The notes: generated by a model not told the origin, from the sequence alone. Counted from the stretch's first letter, positions 21,172-32,146 are shown. The stretch: 64,000 nucleotides of DNA from an uncultured Nitrososphaeraceae archaeon (GCA_963825865.1 CAWGVG010000005.1:64001-128000), one strand, 5' to 3'. A program made the numbers and translations.

Positions 21172-21532
21172 GAACCCTACAAGCTTAAGGTCAAGTATCA
21201 CAGTATACTCTATCAGAAGATCTGCCAGATAGGGCACACGAGGTTCGGAAGCTTTGGATAAAACTGGTATGTTACAATAAACGTAAAATATCAATATGCG
21301 AAGTTTCGTGTTAATACTGACATATAAGAAGGTACATACCTTTAATCAGTTCAATACCCTACCTGAAGAATTGGTTAAAAATATCTACATCGCAAACCTA
21401 TCTTTTCTTATCGCAATTCTGTTGGGAGAAGCTTTGAATTTTAAATATCCCCCTACGTTTGTCTAATTTACTACAAGTTATCTAAAATATAGCTTTTATT
21501 ATAGATGTATCGAAGATATGTCATCGTGAGGT

Positions 21533-21808
21533 TTGTGTTATATGGTTAATCTGTTTAAGCGGTGGAAACCAAAAGGGAAAATGTATAGTCTAAGATGTTC
21601 CCAATGTGAATCTGGTTTTCTCTGTAGCTTTAATCTTGATGCACCAATCTGCGGGAAGTGTTTACAAAAGGCAAAATCTTTGGATTCTACTATAGATCAT
21701 GAGAAGAAATGTATTAAATGTGGCAAGACTGGAGTGATATATGGCAAACAACATTGCTATCCTTGTTACTTTGGATTTGAAAAAAATAGTAGTCAATTCA
21801 TCTTATAA
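21533..21808 (+). CDS. Small multi-CxxC zinc-finger protein
   Basis: CSQC, CGKC, CIKC, CYPC. Confidence 0.6.
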   Translation: MCYMVNLFKRWKPKGKMYSLRCSQCESGFLCSFNLDAPICGKCLQKAKSLDSTIDHEKKCIKCGKTGVIYGKQHCYPCYFGFEKNSSQFIL

Positions 21809-22006
21809 CGTTGTTGTGTATCTAAGAATTCCTCAACAGACAAAGGTTATGAGAATCTGCCAATGATTTATTGTGTGAATGAAAATCTAAAAAATACATC
21901 TTTCTAACTAGACATGTTTTTCAGACACTTATCACATTGAGTCACTAAAATACTGGAGAATTTTATGTTAAATCATATTGTTTTAAATTAACAGGAGTAA
22001 TGAATG

Positions 22007-22149
22007 TGGGGCCGAAGGGATCTATTCTGACACGGTTTGTAACCGTAGTCAATTGAACCCTTGATCCACGGGTTTCTTCTTGGTCTAATAACTAGCCCTC
22101 ATTTTTTAGATCTGGAGCCCGTTGCGATGCCTGGCTTCGCTACGACCCC
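22007..22149 (-). tRNA. tRNA-Trp(CCA) with introns at 37/38 (38 nt) and ~58/59 (31 nt)
   Basis: GGGGTCG/CGGCCCC acceptor stem; ACGGG-CTCCAG..A-CCCGT; BHB-like junctions; 74 nt spliced. Confidence 0.92.
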
Positions 22150-22936
22150 CGTATAGCAACGCGTTAAGGATATCTGCGAATATGTGTATAAGTCTTGCTC
22201 TGAGTAAATTATAGCTCATTTAACATCTATTAACCTTGAGCTCATTTGAGTAATTGTTGCCCTCGGCCCTTAGCACAATAGTACCTTTATTCGTATCTAT
22301 AAGATGTGTGGATACCCGACCAAATTTATAGATGTTACAAAGGTAAATATAGTTTGAGTGGAATTTAGTCAAGAAGATGATCAAATTATAATTCCTGAAA
22401 TTAATATTAAGTCATGCCCTAGATGTAAACTAAATAATATAGTAAATATAAGACATAATAAATAAATAAATAAAAATATTCAAAGATTCTGTTACAATGA
22501 CTGTAGTAAATGGTTCTTTATAAATCTCGACTTTGGAAAGACATATGTCTCTCCCAGAGGTTACTTCTTCAATGTGGATATAATTTACTGGCGAATCATT
22601 AGAAATGTTCATGTTTTTCGTTAAATTATATAATAATATTTGTCAAGTTACCAAAATACAACTTATAATGACAAAACTAGACAAGCAACTTCGTAGAATA
22701 CAATCGTAGACGCAGATTATTCATCTAATAGGTTTAGCGAAACAATAGCAGATATTATTAACGATGTCATAGAAGAAAAATATCCAACAATTTTAAAGCT
22801 TTTTAATCTGACGAAGACTTGACAAAACCCTTGTATTAAACACCATATTTAACATACCTGGGCTATTAGTTAATTCAACAGTAACAAAGGGGATTTAACC
22901 ATCAACTTAAATACAAGAAAAAAACAATCAACGTCG

Positions 22937-23812
22937 ATGACAGGAGAGACTCAGCTGCGCGCAAGGCGTACAAGAATCAGAATTCTAAGAGCTATTGCTG
23001 AAAGAGATGGTTCAGCAGGTTTCTCAGATATCAGAAATGCTACTGGTCTTTCTACTGGTTCAATCTACTACCATTTAGAGAGAATGCAGAATTACGTTAC
23101 CAAGGATTCTAAGCATTATATAATTACAGAAAAAGGCTTACAATTGCTGCATGAAATTGATGGTAGGTATCCTTCTTCCCCTGCTCGAAAAAAAGACGAA
23201 GGATCATCAATTACGGGGAGCGTTCAATCCGAAGGAACAATAATAAGGCAAAGCAGTCGTTTGGGACAATTTATTCGTGAATATACATTTATTTCAGTAA
23301 TTGCGGGTGTTATGATCTTCATAGCCGTTGAACTATTTGTAAACTCTAATATAATTTTCCCTAGCATAGCTACCGTTGGAAAGATAATTGCTAATGCGAG
23401 CTTAATATCTTCACTTTCAATCACTGCACTTCTTTCCGTTTCATTTTTATTGATGTTAAAAAGGCAAATGCTTCTCCCGGGATATAGAGGAATAATGCTA
23501 TCTGTATTAACAGTACTATCGGTTTTATTGGTTAACATTCTAATCTTTTCTAGTCTTGGGGCACACGTAGGAGCAAGTTCAAGTATAACTACCGTTGGAA
23601 AGATAATTGCTAATGCGAGCTTAATATCTTCACTTTCAATCACTGCACTTCTTTCCGTTTCATTTTTATTGATGTTAAAAAGGCAAATGCTTCTCCCGGG
23701 ATATAGAGGAATAATGCTATCTGTATTAACAGTACTATCGGTTTTATTGGTTAACATTCTAATCTTTTCTAGTCTTGGGGCACACATAGGAGTAACATCA
23801 GCAACATTCTAA
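22937..23812 (+). CDS. ArsR-like winged-helix regulator with membrane domain (internal duplication)
   Basis: RIRILRAI..AGFSDIRNATGLSTGSIYYHL..YIITEKG; ~5 TMs. Confidence 0.8.
   Translation: MTGETQLRARRTRIRILRAIAERDGSAGFSDIRNATGLSTGSIYYHLERMQNYVTKDSKHYIITEKGLQLLHEIDGRYPSSPARKKDEGSSITGSVQSEGTIIRQSSRLGQFIREYTFISVIAGVMIFIAVELFVNSNIIFPSIATVGKIIANASLISSLSITALLSVSFLLMLKRQMLLPGYRGIMLSVLTVLSVLLVNILIFSSLGAHVGASSSITTVGKIIANASLISSLSITALLSVSFLLMLKRQMLLPGYRGIMLSVLTVLSVLLVNILIFSSLGAHIGVTSATF
23370..23785 (+). repeat. Identical 197-bp direct repeat with 219-bp period, in frame
   Basis: 23370-23566 equals 23589-23785. Confidence 0.9.
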
Positions 23813-23965
23813 TCTTTTCTAGTATCTACCACAATATAGGTTTCAGACCTAAGGCGTTTCTCCATTATAATGCTAGAAAGCGTTGCAAATTCCTCTTTTG
23901 GTCTAATAAATAATAACACTATTTGCTCGATTCCTTTTTATGACCTTTCCGTGTCATTTCATATT

Positions 23966-24232
23966 ATGAAATATAGGAGCAGAACTGACATAGCCGCATT
24001 GATTCTGGAAGCTGCGAACGGTGGGGCAGCCAAGACAAAAATAATGTATAGAGCATTTCTGTCTTATGCACAGCTGAAAGAATATCTGGCTGTGTTACTA
24101 GAAAACGGCTTGATAGAGTATAAAGAGGGGAATCAAATTTTTAAAATAACTGAAAAGGGCATACATTTCCTACAATTATATAGCCAAGTTGGAGAATTAA
24201 TTTCTGCTAATAATGAAATAGGTAAGATATAA
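23966..24232 (+). CDS. Archaeal winged-helix transcriptional regulator (HTH_45-like)
   Basis: MKYRSRTDIAALILEAA..KTKIMYRAFLSYAQLKEYL..ITEKG. Confidence 0.88.
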   Translation: MKYRSRTDIAALILEAANGGAAKTKIMYRAFLSYAQLKEYLAVLLENGLIEYKEGNQIFKITEKGIHFLQLYSQVGELISANNEIGKI

Positions 24233-24419
24233 AAACTCCTTAATCGATTAGAATAGTAATCACCTAATTATCGGGGAGTGTGGGCATAATTTGATCACGC
24301 AATTTTCAAGGAGTTTTGTTGTTGTTGTTTGATTTGCTTCCTAACATGTGTTTGATTGTTTCGGATGTTCTTTGTGAGTCTTACAATTGTAATAAACAAT
24401 GATTTGATAGAGTAGTACT

Positions 24420-25350
24420 GATAGCAGTACTATTCCTGCTGCCTTTCTGATATCCTCTTATTGACAAAAGATCTATTTTGAAGACATCTTTGAGGTGTTA
24501 TATCAAAGCTTCTACTGATATGCTTCTCCACGAGTAAATTACCTGTCATAATTTGGATTCATAGAATTCTATCAATTGCAGTCTGTCACTTGAAGTATTG
24601 TTGTATATTGCTGGTACTGGACATACCCAGCTAAAATCCTCTTCTATTTATGCTTAAATCGAATAGTTTGTAGTCGTCATATCCAGAATCACCTGTCACG
24701 TAACGTACTCCTTTTGGAAGTGAAGATATTATCGCAGGATATATCTGATTATCTTGTACATCAGCCTGAGTAAAATCCTCTGATAGAGGATACTATAAGA
24801 GAACCAGTGCTTGCTATTATGTGAAGTTTGTACCAAATATCCAACCCTTGGTGTGACTGAATCTCCATCTGGCATCTATATCAATACCAGAACGAAGTAC
24901 TACTCCTTTGATCATGGATGATTCTGTGCCAGAGATGACCTTTGGCTCTAAGCAATATACTATCTATTGTAACAATTTCGCTCAAGACTCGCAATAGTTG
25001 ATATCCTTTCTTTGATGTCTACAGATGTTGTCGAAAGCCCTTCTGTCAAATGTCCTTCTGTCAGGAAGACTGGTTAATCCACAAGCTTTCATTATCTTTC
25101 TATTGTAATGATAACAATCCATAACAAGGAAATCATGTAATGCTCGATTAGAATCTAGTCTGAACCATATCCTGACTACAAAACAATGTAATATCACTGT
25201 GGAAGAATAGACATATAGTCTACCTCTTCTTTTCTTTTTCCCCCCGATACTCTGGCCAAGGTACCAACCCCCTATGCTAATTAAGATGGAATCCTGAAGC
25301 ATTTGTTGCAGCAAGTCTTCTTTGGGTGGATTTGATCGTTTCTCACCAGA
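24420..25350 (-). pseudogene. Fragmented DDE transposase (DDE_Tnp_1 type); boundaries approximate
   Basis: RRGR..YS, LPDRRTFDRR, IDSILLRA, HTKGWIFG.KLH, VTGDSGYDD across several frames. Confidence 0.8.
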
Positions 25351-25670
25351 ACATCTGACACTCCGAGGATAGCTTTATACAAAATCATCAATGGGAATTA
25401 TGCTCCAGTCTCAATTATCTATAAATTATATTGAGACAATTTTTGACTGTATATGAGCATTTTTAATTGATGACGTAGACAATATATATATATATATACT
25501 ACAAGAATCATGTTAAGATGAATTATGCTAAGAAGAATAATAAATGAAAAAATCCATGTTGCAGTTCTCCCAACTTATCTAAATCTTATTGCATCATTTG
25601 TCAAACAAATCGAATGATTATAATGATAGTCAGACTAGGTTATAAGATCTTACAAAATAAAATAATAAAA

Positions 25671-26522
25671 TTAATCAACTGGGTTTAGTATTTTGTGCTG
25701 TTGAGTTTCTTTCTCTTTCTCCTTCTCCTTTAACAAGATATTGTAAGCTCCCTCTGTGTCTGAATTCTTGTGAACAATTGCTCTTACTGCTTTTATCATT
25801 GCAACAGGATGATCGGATTGCCAAATGTTTCTACCCATATCAACTCCTACAGCACCATGCTCTATTGCATTATATGCTAGTTCAAGTGCATCAATTTCTT
25901 TTGACAATTTCTTGCCACCAGCTATTACCACTGGAACAGGGCACCCCTCAACAACCCTTTCAAAGTTTTCGCAGTAATATGTTTTAACTACATGCGCACC
26001 TAATTCAGCAGCTATTCTGCATGCCAAACCAAGATACCTAGCATCTCTAGCCATTTCCTTGCCAACAGCTGTGACTGCTAGAACAGGAATACCATACTTT
26101 TCACCTTCATCAACAAGTTTAGACAGAGCTGTGAGCGTTTGATGTTCGTATTTGCTTGCTACAAAAATTGAGAGAGCAAGGCATGTAGCATTTAGTTTGA
26201 TGGCATCTTCAATAGAGGTTGTGATACTTTCATTAGACAGATCTTCTCCAATAATACTGCTCCCGCCAGAAACTCGCAAAACTATTGGCACATCCGTATT
26301 TGGATTTACTGATGTCCGCAAAACCCCTCGGGTAATCATCAATGAGTCAGCATGTGATAAAAGAGGCTGTATAGTTCTACAGGGTATCTCTAATCCTTCT
26401 GTTGGACCCAAAAAGTATCCATGGTCGACTGCAAGCATAACACACCGACCATCTTCTGGACGAATGATTTTTGACACTCTATTTTTCATGCCCCAATCCA
26501 TGTTCTGATTCCTGTCATTCAT
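25671..26522 (-). CDS. lsrF: LsrF-like class I aldolase/thiolase
   Basis: MDWGMKNR, AVDHGYFLGP, VVKTYYC, GVDMGRNIWQ. Confidence 0.85.
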   Translation of the reverse strand: MNDRNQNMDWGMKNRVSKIIRPEDGRCVMLAVDHGYFLGPTEGLEIPCRTIQPLLSHADSLMITRGVLRTSVNPNTDVPIVLRVSGGSSIIGEDLSNESITTSIEDAIKLNATCLALSIFVASKYEHQTLTALSKLVDEGEKYGIPVLAVTAVGKEMARDARYLGLACRIAAELGAHVVKTYYCENFERVVEGCPVPVVIAGGKKLSKEIDALELAYNAIEHGAVGVDMGRNIWQSDHPVAMIKAVRAIVHKNSDTEGAYNILLKEKEKEKETQQHKILNPVD

Positions 26523-26554
26523 GCTCTTTTTTTATTATATATAGTTTCTACAAT

Positions 26555-27592
26555 TTATTTGGATGTCACAATCACTTTCATTGAATCCTTTCCTTCATCT
26601 GCGCATCTTATTGCATCATCAGTATTTTTAATGTCAAAACGGTGGGTTATTAAACACTTTACGTCTAAGCGCTTCTCTACAATCAATTTTAATGCCTGGT
26701 TTGTTTCAATCTCTGATGCGGCATAAGTCGGAATGATAGATTGTTCATTTGCGTATAACTTGTTCACATTGACCGGAATTTCCGATCCTTTGGATGGGAC
26801 ACCAAAGAGCATTATTTTACCTGCTTTTCTTGTTACGTCAAAAGATTGTTCAAGTGCTTTTGCGCTTCCTGTGGCAACAATTGAGATATCAACACCTCTG
26901 TAGCCAGTAACATTTTGTATTTTTTTGATGAGGTTACTTTCAGTCATAGAATTAAAAGCTTGGACATTATCATATTTTTTTGCAAAATCCACTCTAAAAT
27001 CGTTGATGTCGAGTACAATGATTTTTCCTGCACCCAATGCTTTTGCAAGAGTCACATGCATCATTCCTGCAGGACCTGCTCCGAATACTGCAATATCATC
27101 GCCTTTTTGAAAATTGCACTTGTTTATTGCTCTTATACAACATGCTAGTGGCTCAATAAGTGATGCTTCATCAAACGTTACGCTGTCTGGTAATTTTATA
27201 AGCCCTCCTCGAGAAAGGTTCCATTCAGGTACTAAGAATTCTTCGGATAATCCACATGGATCAATTTTACTTTTTTGATACATGGCACACATCGTATAAT
27301 CTCCATGCCAGCAATAATAGCATGAATAGCAGCTAACGTGATGATGAATGAAAACGCGATCTCCCGGTGCAAAATCTTTCACGTATTTTCCTGTATTTAT
27401 AATCTCACCTGAAGGCTCATGTCCAAGTCCAGAGGATGACATCCCATATTGACCATGGACTTTCTCCAAATCAGAACCACACAGTCCGCATGCGCGCATT
27501 TTTATAAGAACATCTCCATCACCTAGTTTTGGAGTTGCTACATCGTCAATTGAAACTGCATTTTTACCTTTGACAAAGACAGCTTTCATCAA
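26555..27592 (-). CDS. Zinc-dependent (MDR) alcohol/sugar dehydrogenase
   Basis: CGLCGSD, GHE, CYSCYYC..C, GAGPAG. Confidence 0.9.
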   Translation of the reverse strand: MMKAVFVKGKNAVSIDDVATPKLGDGDVLIKMRACGLCGSDLEKVHGQYGMSSSGLGHEPSGEIINTGKYVKDFAPGDRVFIHHHVSCYSCYYCWHGDYTMCAMYQKSKIDPCGLSEEFLVPEWNLSRGGLIKLPDSVTFDEASLIEPLACCIRAINKCNFQKGDDIAVFGAGPAGMMHVTLAKALGAGKIIVLDINDFRVDFAKKYDNVQAFNSMTESNLIKKIQNVTGYRGVDISIVATGSAKALEQSFDVTRKAGKIMLFGVPSKGSEIPVNVNKLYANEQSIIPTYAASEIETNQALKLIVEKRLDVKCLITHRFDIKNTDDAIRCADEGKDSMKVIVTSK

Positions 27593-28244
27593 TCGGAGAT
27601 TAGAACTTCAACTATAAAAAATGTCTTAACACATCACAACATATTAACGAAATTTGAAAAATTTGCGTTCCATCATATAAAACAATCCGTTGTTTTTGAA
27701 ACAAGGGATTGTTATTTCAAAAGTAGTAAAATATATTTTAATATTGCAGCTTCGTATTCTTAAATAAGGTATTGTCATAAAAACCGTTCCAATAACTGAT
27801 ATAAGATTAGATTATATGGTTACTAAAAGTGTGATAAAAATAAATTCCTCTATGTGACGTTATAGCGGCATAATAATGACTAAATCGCATAGTGGTATTG
27901 AGTCGTAATATGCAATCCAATAAAGATTCACCCTTTCCGTACCTTGGCATGGTTAGCTCTTTCTAATACTGTTAGGATTGATCATTGATCGTAGAAAGTA
28001 TCTACTGCAAACACAGATACATTCCCTTCTCCTTGGATAGGTATAGTAATATAGTTCTTTGAATCAATTTTTAATCTACATTATAAAGAAATTTACTAAT
28101 CCTGATAGCGATTATTGCAGTTGTGGTAATTGTTATTTAACTCTGGTATGGGTAGAACTTATGGTTCGATATATTATCTATATATCGCACAAAATCTTTA
28201 TAAATTATATCATTGCAATCTATGAATAATGCCTTGGGCTAAAA

Positions 28245-28319
28245 GTGAAGGGTCTTGTATTACCTCGCAGCCTGCAGGGTACAGCGGTTACAGTTGTACT
28301 TCTGGTGCTGCTGCTTTAA
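28245..28319 (+). CDS. Putative Val/Leu-rich leader peptide of the ilv-leu operon
   Basis: GTG-start 24-codon ORF (M)KGLVLPRSLQGTAVTVVLLVLLL ending 52 nt before ilvB. Confidence 0.6.
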   Translation: MKGLVLPRSLQGTAVTVVLLVLLL

Positions 28320-28341
28320 ATCATACTCTGCACTTTATTTT
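28273..28341 (+). promoter_or_regulatory. Attenuator-like hairpin plus U-tract
   Basis: TGCAGGGTA (28273) pairs with TACTCTGCA (28324); CAGCGGT (28282) with GCTGCTG (28307); followed by CTTTATTTT. Confidence 0.5.
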
Positions 28342-28371
28342 GACAGGGCATTTTGGTGGAGATATATATAA

Positions 28372-30063
28372 ATGGTGGAGATGGCCGGCGCAAAAGGCTT
28401 GATTTGTGCTCTTGAAAAGGAGAACGTGGACATAGTGTTTGGACTTCCAGGTGGAGCAAACCTTCCTATCTATGATGCTCTAGTGGATGCTGGTCACCTA
28501 CGTCATATTCTTGTACGGCATGAACAGTCTGCTGCTCATATGGCTGACGGCTATGCAAGAATAAAAAGGAGAGCTGGAGTGTGTTTTGCTACTTCTGGTC
28601 CAGGTGCCACTAATCTTATCACAGGTATCGCTACAGCATATGCTGATTCTTCTCCTTTGATCGCTGTAACTGGTCAAGTGCCATTAGCTATGATCGGAAA
28701 AGATGCTTTCCAAGAAACTGATATCATTGGTGTTGCTAATCCTTGTACAAAGTATGCGTTCCAACCAACAACAGCAAGCGAAATCCCAGAATCAGTAAAA
28801 AAGGCTTTCTATATAGCAGAAAGTGGAAGACCTGGTCCTGTGCTCATAGATATTCCCAAAGATGTGCAGCAGGCTACTGCAGATATGAAATTTCCTGAAC
28901 TTATCAAGGTAAGGGGTTACAGTCCTATCGTTGATGCTGATCTATCTCAAGTGGGAAAGGCTGTTGAAATTTTGCTTAAAGCGGAAAGGCCAATCATAAT
29001 GGCTGGTGGGGGTGTAATTCTTTCAGGTGCTTTTTCCGAATTACAGGCACTTGCAGAATTGTTAATGACTCCTGTAGTAACTACCTTTAAAGGAAAAGGC
29101 GCGTTTCCTGAAAATCATCCTCTTGCTATGGGACCCATTGGAATGCATGGACATGCGGAGGCCAATAAGATCATCATTGAAGCAGATTGCATACTCGCAG
29201 TGGGTGCAAGGTTTTCTGATAGATCGATAGGAAGATTTGACGAGTTTGGAAAAGGGATGAATATTATCCATATGGATGTCGATCCTGCAGAAATTGGTAA
29301 GAACAAGTCTGTCGATGTCGCAGTCATAGGCGATGTAAAATCATCGTTGAGAACACTTGTTAAGATGCTTCCAAGAAAAATGGTGAAAAAAGATACAGAA
29401 AACCCTTGGCTAAAGAGAAAAAAGGAGCTAATCGGATACTATGCTGAAACGCTTAAAGACTATCCAAGGGACCTTACAGCCAAAAAAACTCTAAAAAAAC
29501 TTAGAGAAATTTTACCTGCCAACGCAATTGCAACTACTGAAGTGGGTCAATGTCAGATGTGGACATCATTGCATTTTGATGTAATTTCACCTGGTACCTT
29601 TTTTAGCTCGACAGGTCTTGGAACAATGGGATTTGGATTTCCTGCTTCAATAGGTGCAAAGGCGGCTAGGCCAGAAGTGCCAGTGGTAGACATTGCAGGC
29701 GATGGTTCTTTCAACATGACAGAAAATTCTCTAGCCGTATCTGTTCTAGATAACCTCCCGGTAATCGTGTTTTTAATGAATAATTATATGCTTGGAATGG
29801 TAGCTCAATGGCAGAGAACATTTTATAACAGAAGATACATGGGAGTACATCAGCACAACCTCCCTGATTATGCAAAGATAGCAGAGGCATATGGTGCACA
29901 GGGAATCAAAGTGCAATCATCGCAAGAGTTAGAAAAGGCAATTAAATCTGCCTTGAAGACGGAAGTTGCCACTGTCATCGATATTCCAATTGATCCTGAA
30001 GAAGATGTTTATCCGTTTGTAGCACCTGGTACAGGTCTTAAAGATATGATTACAGGATCATGA
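28372..30063 (+). CDS. ilvB: Acetolactate synthase large subunit
   Basis: FGLPGG, RHEQ, TSGPGATN, ThDP-binding GDGSF..NN. Confidence 0.97.
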   Translation: MVEMAGAKGLICALEKENVDIVFGLPGGANLPIYDALVDAGHLRHILVRHEQSAAHMADGYARIKRRAGVCFATSGPGATNLITGIATAYADSSPLIAVTGQVPLAMIGKDAFQETDIIGVANPCTKYAFQPTTASEIPESVKKAFYIAESGRPGPVLIDIPKDVQQATADMKFPELIKVRGYSPIVDADLSQVGKAVEILLKAERPIIMAGGGVILSGAFSELQALAELLMTPVVTTFKGKGAFPENHPLAMGPIGMHGHAEANKIIIEADCILAVGARFSDRSIGRFDEFGKGMNIIHMDVDPAEIGKNKSVDVAVIGDVKSSLRTLVKMLPRKMVKKDTENPWLKRKKELIGYYAETLKDYPRDLTAKKTLKKLREILPANAIATTEVGQCQMWTSLHFDVISPGTFFSSTGLGTMGFGFPASIGAKAARPEVPVVDIAGDGSFNMTENSLAVSVLDNLPVIVFLMNNYMLGMVAQWQRTFYNRRYMGVHQHNLPDYAKIAEAYGAQGIKVQSSQELEKAIKSALKTEVATVIDIPIDPEEDVYPFVAPGTGLKDMITGS

Positions 30064-30070
30064 CACTAAT

Positions 30071-32113
30071 ATGTCAACAACAACAACAACAACTACGACA
30101 AACGAACAAAGTAAACATTGGTATATACTATCTGCTCTGCTAGAAAACAAACCAGGTGTTTTATTTAGAGTGACAAACCTTTTCAGAGCACGAAACTTTA
30201 ACATTGAAAGTATAACGGTAGGTTCCACTGAACAGGTCGATCTTTCAAGGATGACGATTACCACTAAGAGTGATGAAAAAACGCTAGATCAGCTTGTAAA
30301 ACAGCTTAGGAAGTTGATTGATGTAGTAGAGGTAAAAGTGCTTGATACAGATAAAACAGTTTTCCGCGAACTGGCCTTAATCAAAATGAAGGCAGAAGAT
30401 CCCACTACAAGAATGGAAATAACTAATTTCGCATCTATATTTAGAGCAAACATACTTGACATAGGAAAAGCAACCATTCTTGTAGAACTTACAGGAACCC
30501 CGGACAAAATAGATGCGTTTAAAAATCTCGTCGGACATTATGGGATAATACAGTTGGCAAGAACTGGTGTTTCAGCACTCCCAAGAGGTGAAACCTTAGT
30601 GTTAGACATGATGGATAAAGTTAGAATTTTTGATACTACGTTAAGAGATGGTGAACAGACGCCAGGGGTATCAGTTACTCCAGAACAGAAATTCAAGATT
30701 GCTATTAAACTAGATGAAATAGGTGTAGACGCTATTGAGGTTGGTTTTCCAATTGTTTCTCAAGGTGAAATGGAAGCAATAAAAGCAATAACCAAACAAG
30801 GATTAAATGCGGAAGTTTGTGGTCTGGCACGTACAGTTCAAGCGGATATTGATGCTGCAATAAATTGTAATTTAAAGTATGTACACACTTTCATTGCTAC
30901 TTCTGACATCCATATGCAATACAAGCTTAAAATGAGTAGGGAGCAGGTGTTAGAAAAAGCAATATGGGCAGTAGATTATGCCAAGAAAAATGGCATGCAG
31001 GTAGAATTTTCGGCAGAAGACGCAACGAGATCAGATAAGGTATTTGTAAACACGGTTTTCAAGGCAGTTGCTGATGCCGGTGCTGATAGATTAGATATTC
31101 CTGATACTGTCGGTTATGCCACTCCTCAATATATTGCAGAACTCGTTAACGATGTGAAGATAGCAACGAAACTTCCCGTCAGCATACATTGTCATGATGA
31201 TTTTGGGCTAGCTGTGGCTAACGCAATTTCTGGAATAAATGCCGGTGCCTCCTGTGCGCATGTAACAATAAATGGTTTAGGAGAAAGAGCGGGAAATGCA
31301 TCACTTGAGGAATTTGTTATGGCGCTTCAATGTCTATATAATAAGAAACACAATATTAAAACTGAGTTACTTTATGAAACCTCCAAACTTATCTCCAACA
31401 TAATGGGAATAATTGTTCAACCAAACAAAGCAATAATTGGTGAAAATGCTTTTGGTCATGAATCTGGCATCCACACACACGGTATTATAAATAATCCGCT
31501 TACTTACGAACCAATTAGTCCGGAACTAGTTGGAAGAAAAAGATGGATGCAAGCTGGAAAACATGCTGGGGCCCATGGTATCAAAGCAATGTTAGAAGAA
31601 TTTGGGATCAAACCAACAGATGAACAGCTACATAATATCGTCGAAAAACAAAAAAACCTTGCAGACAAAGGAAAATCAATAACTACCGCAGAACTTTTAT
31701 CAATAGCTGGAGATATTATGCATAATAACAGGTTTGAAGAGAAATTCAAACTCTATGATTTTCATATTGTAACTGGAATGAATACCATACCAACAGCTGT
31801 TGTTAGATTGAATACAGATGGTAAAGATTTCATTGCATCTGAAATTGGCGTTGGACCAGTAGATGCTGCATTGAAAGCTATACAAAAGGTCGCAGGAGAA
31901 ATGGAGAACATCAAGATCCGTGAATACAGATTAGATTCTATTACAGGAGGTTCCGATGCGTTAGCCGAAGTTTCAATAAAGGTAGAAGACAAAAAAGGAA
32001 ATATTGTATCTGCAAGAAAGGCAGGAGAGGACGTGGTAGTTGCCTCAGTTCAGGCAATGATGGATGCTATTAATAAAATAATGCTTAAGAAAATGCTCTA
32101 TTCCAAGAACTAA
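30071..32113 (+). CDS. leuA: Acetolactate synthase small subunit (IlvN) in frame with 2-isopropylmalate synthase (LeuA/CimA family)
   Basis: ENKPGVLFRV..NIESI..ARTG (IlvN), then IFDTTLRDGEQ, HCHDDFGLA, GERAGNA, GVGPVDA. Confidence 0.9.
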   Translation: MSTTTTTTTTNEQSKHWYILSALLENKPGVLFRVTNLFRARNFNIESITVGSTEQVDLSRMTITTKSDEKTLDQLVKQLRKLIDVVEVKVLDTDKTVFRELALIKMKAEDPTTRMEITNFASIFRANILDIGKATILVELTGTPDKIDAFKNLVGHYGIIQLARTGVSALPRGETLVLDMMDKVRIFDTTLRDGEQTPGVSVTPEQKFKIAIKLDEIGVDAIEVGFPIVSQGEMEAIKAITKQGLNAEVCGLARTVQADIDAAINCNLKYVHTFIATSDIHMQYKLKMSREQVLEKAIWAVDYAKKNGMQVEFSAEDATRSDKVFVNTVFKAVADAGADRLDIPDTVGYATPQYIAELVNDVKIATKLPVSIHCHDDFGLAVANAISGINAGASCAHVTINGLGERAGNASLEEFVMALQCLYNKKHNIKTELLYETSKLISNIMGIIVQPNKAIIGENAFGHESGIHTHGIINNPLTYEPISPELVGRKRWMQAGKHAGAHGIKAMLEEFGIKPTDEQLHNIVEKQKNLADKGKSITTAELLSIAGDIMHNNRFEEKFKLYDFHIVTGMNTIPTAVVRLNTDGKDFIASEIGVGPVDAALKAIQKVAGEMENIKIREYRLDSITGGSDALAEVSIKVEDKKGNIVSARKAGEDVVVASVQAMMDAINKIMLKKMLYSKN

Positions 32114-32146
32114 AGTTTATACGCTATTTAAAATGTTAATGTTTGA

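Noticed and set aside
22074-22111. C/D-box guide RNA in the tRNA-Trp intron, as in haloarchaea
   Set aside because: Only 38 nt; a weak C-like ATGAGG but no CTGA D box and no guide complementary to the anticodon arm
23224-23787. 187-aa minus-strand ORF with a repeat
   Set aside because: Shadow of the duplicated membrane regulator
25671-26522. AI-2 quorum-sensing (lsr) system
   Set aside because: Only an LsrF-like enzyme; no lsrK, lsrG or transporter, so general sugar-phosphate metabolism is more likely
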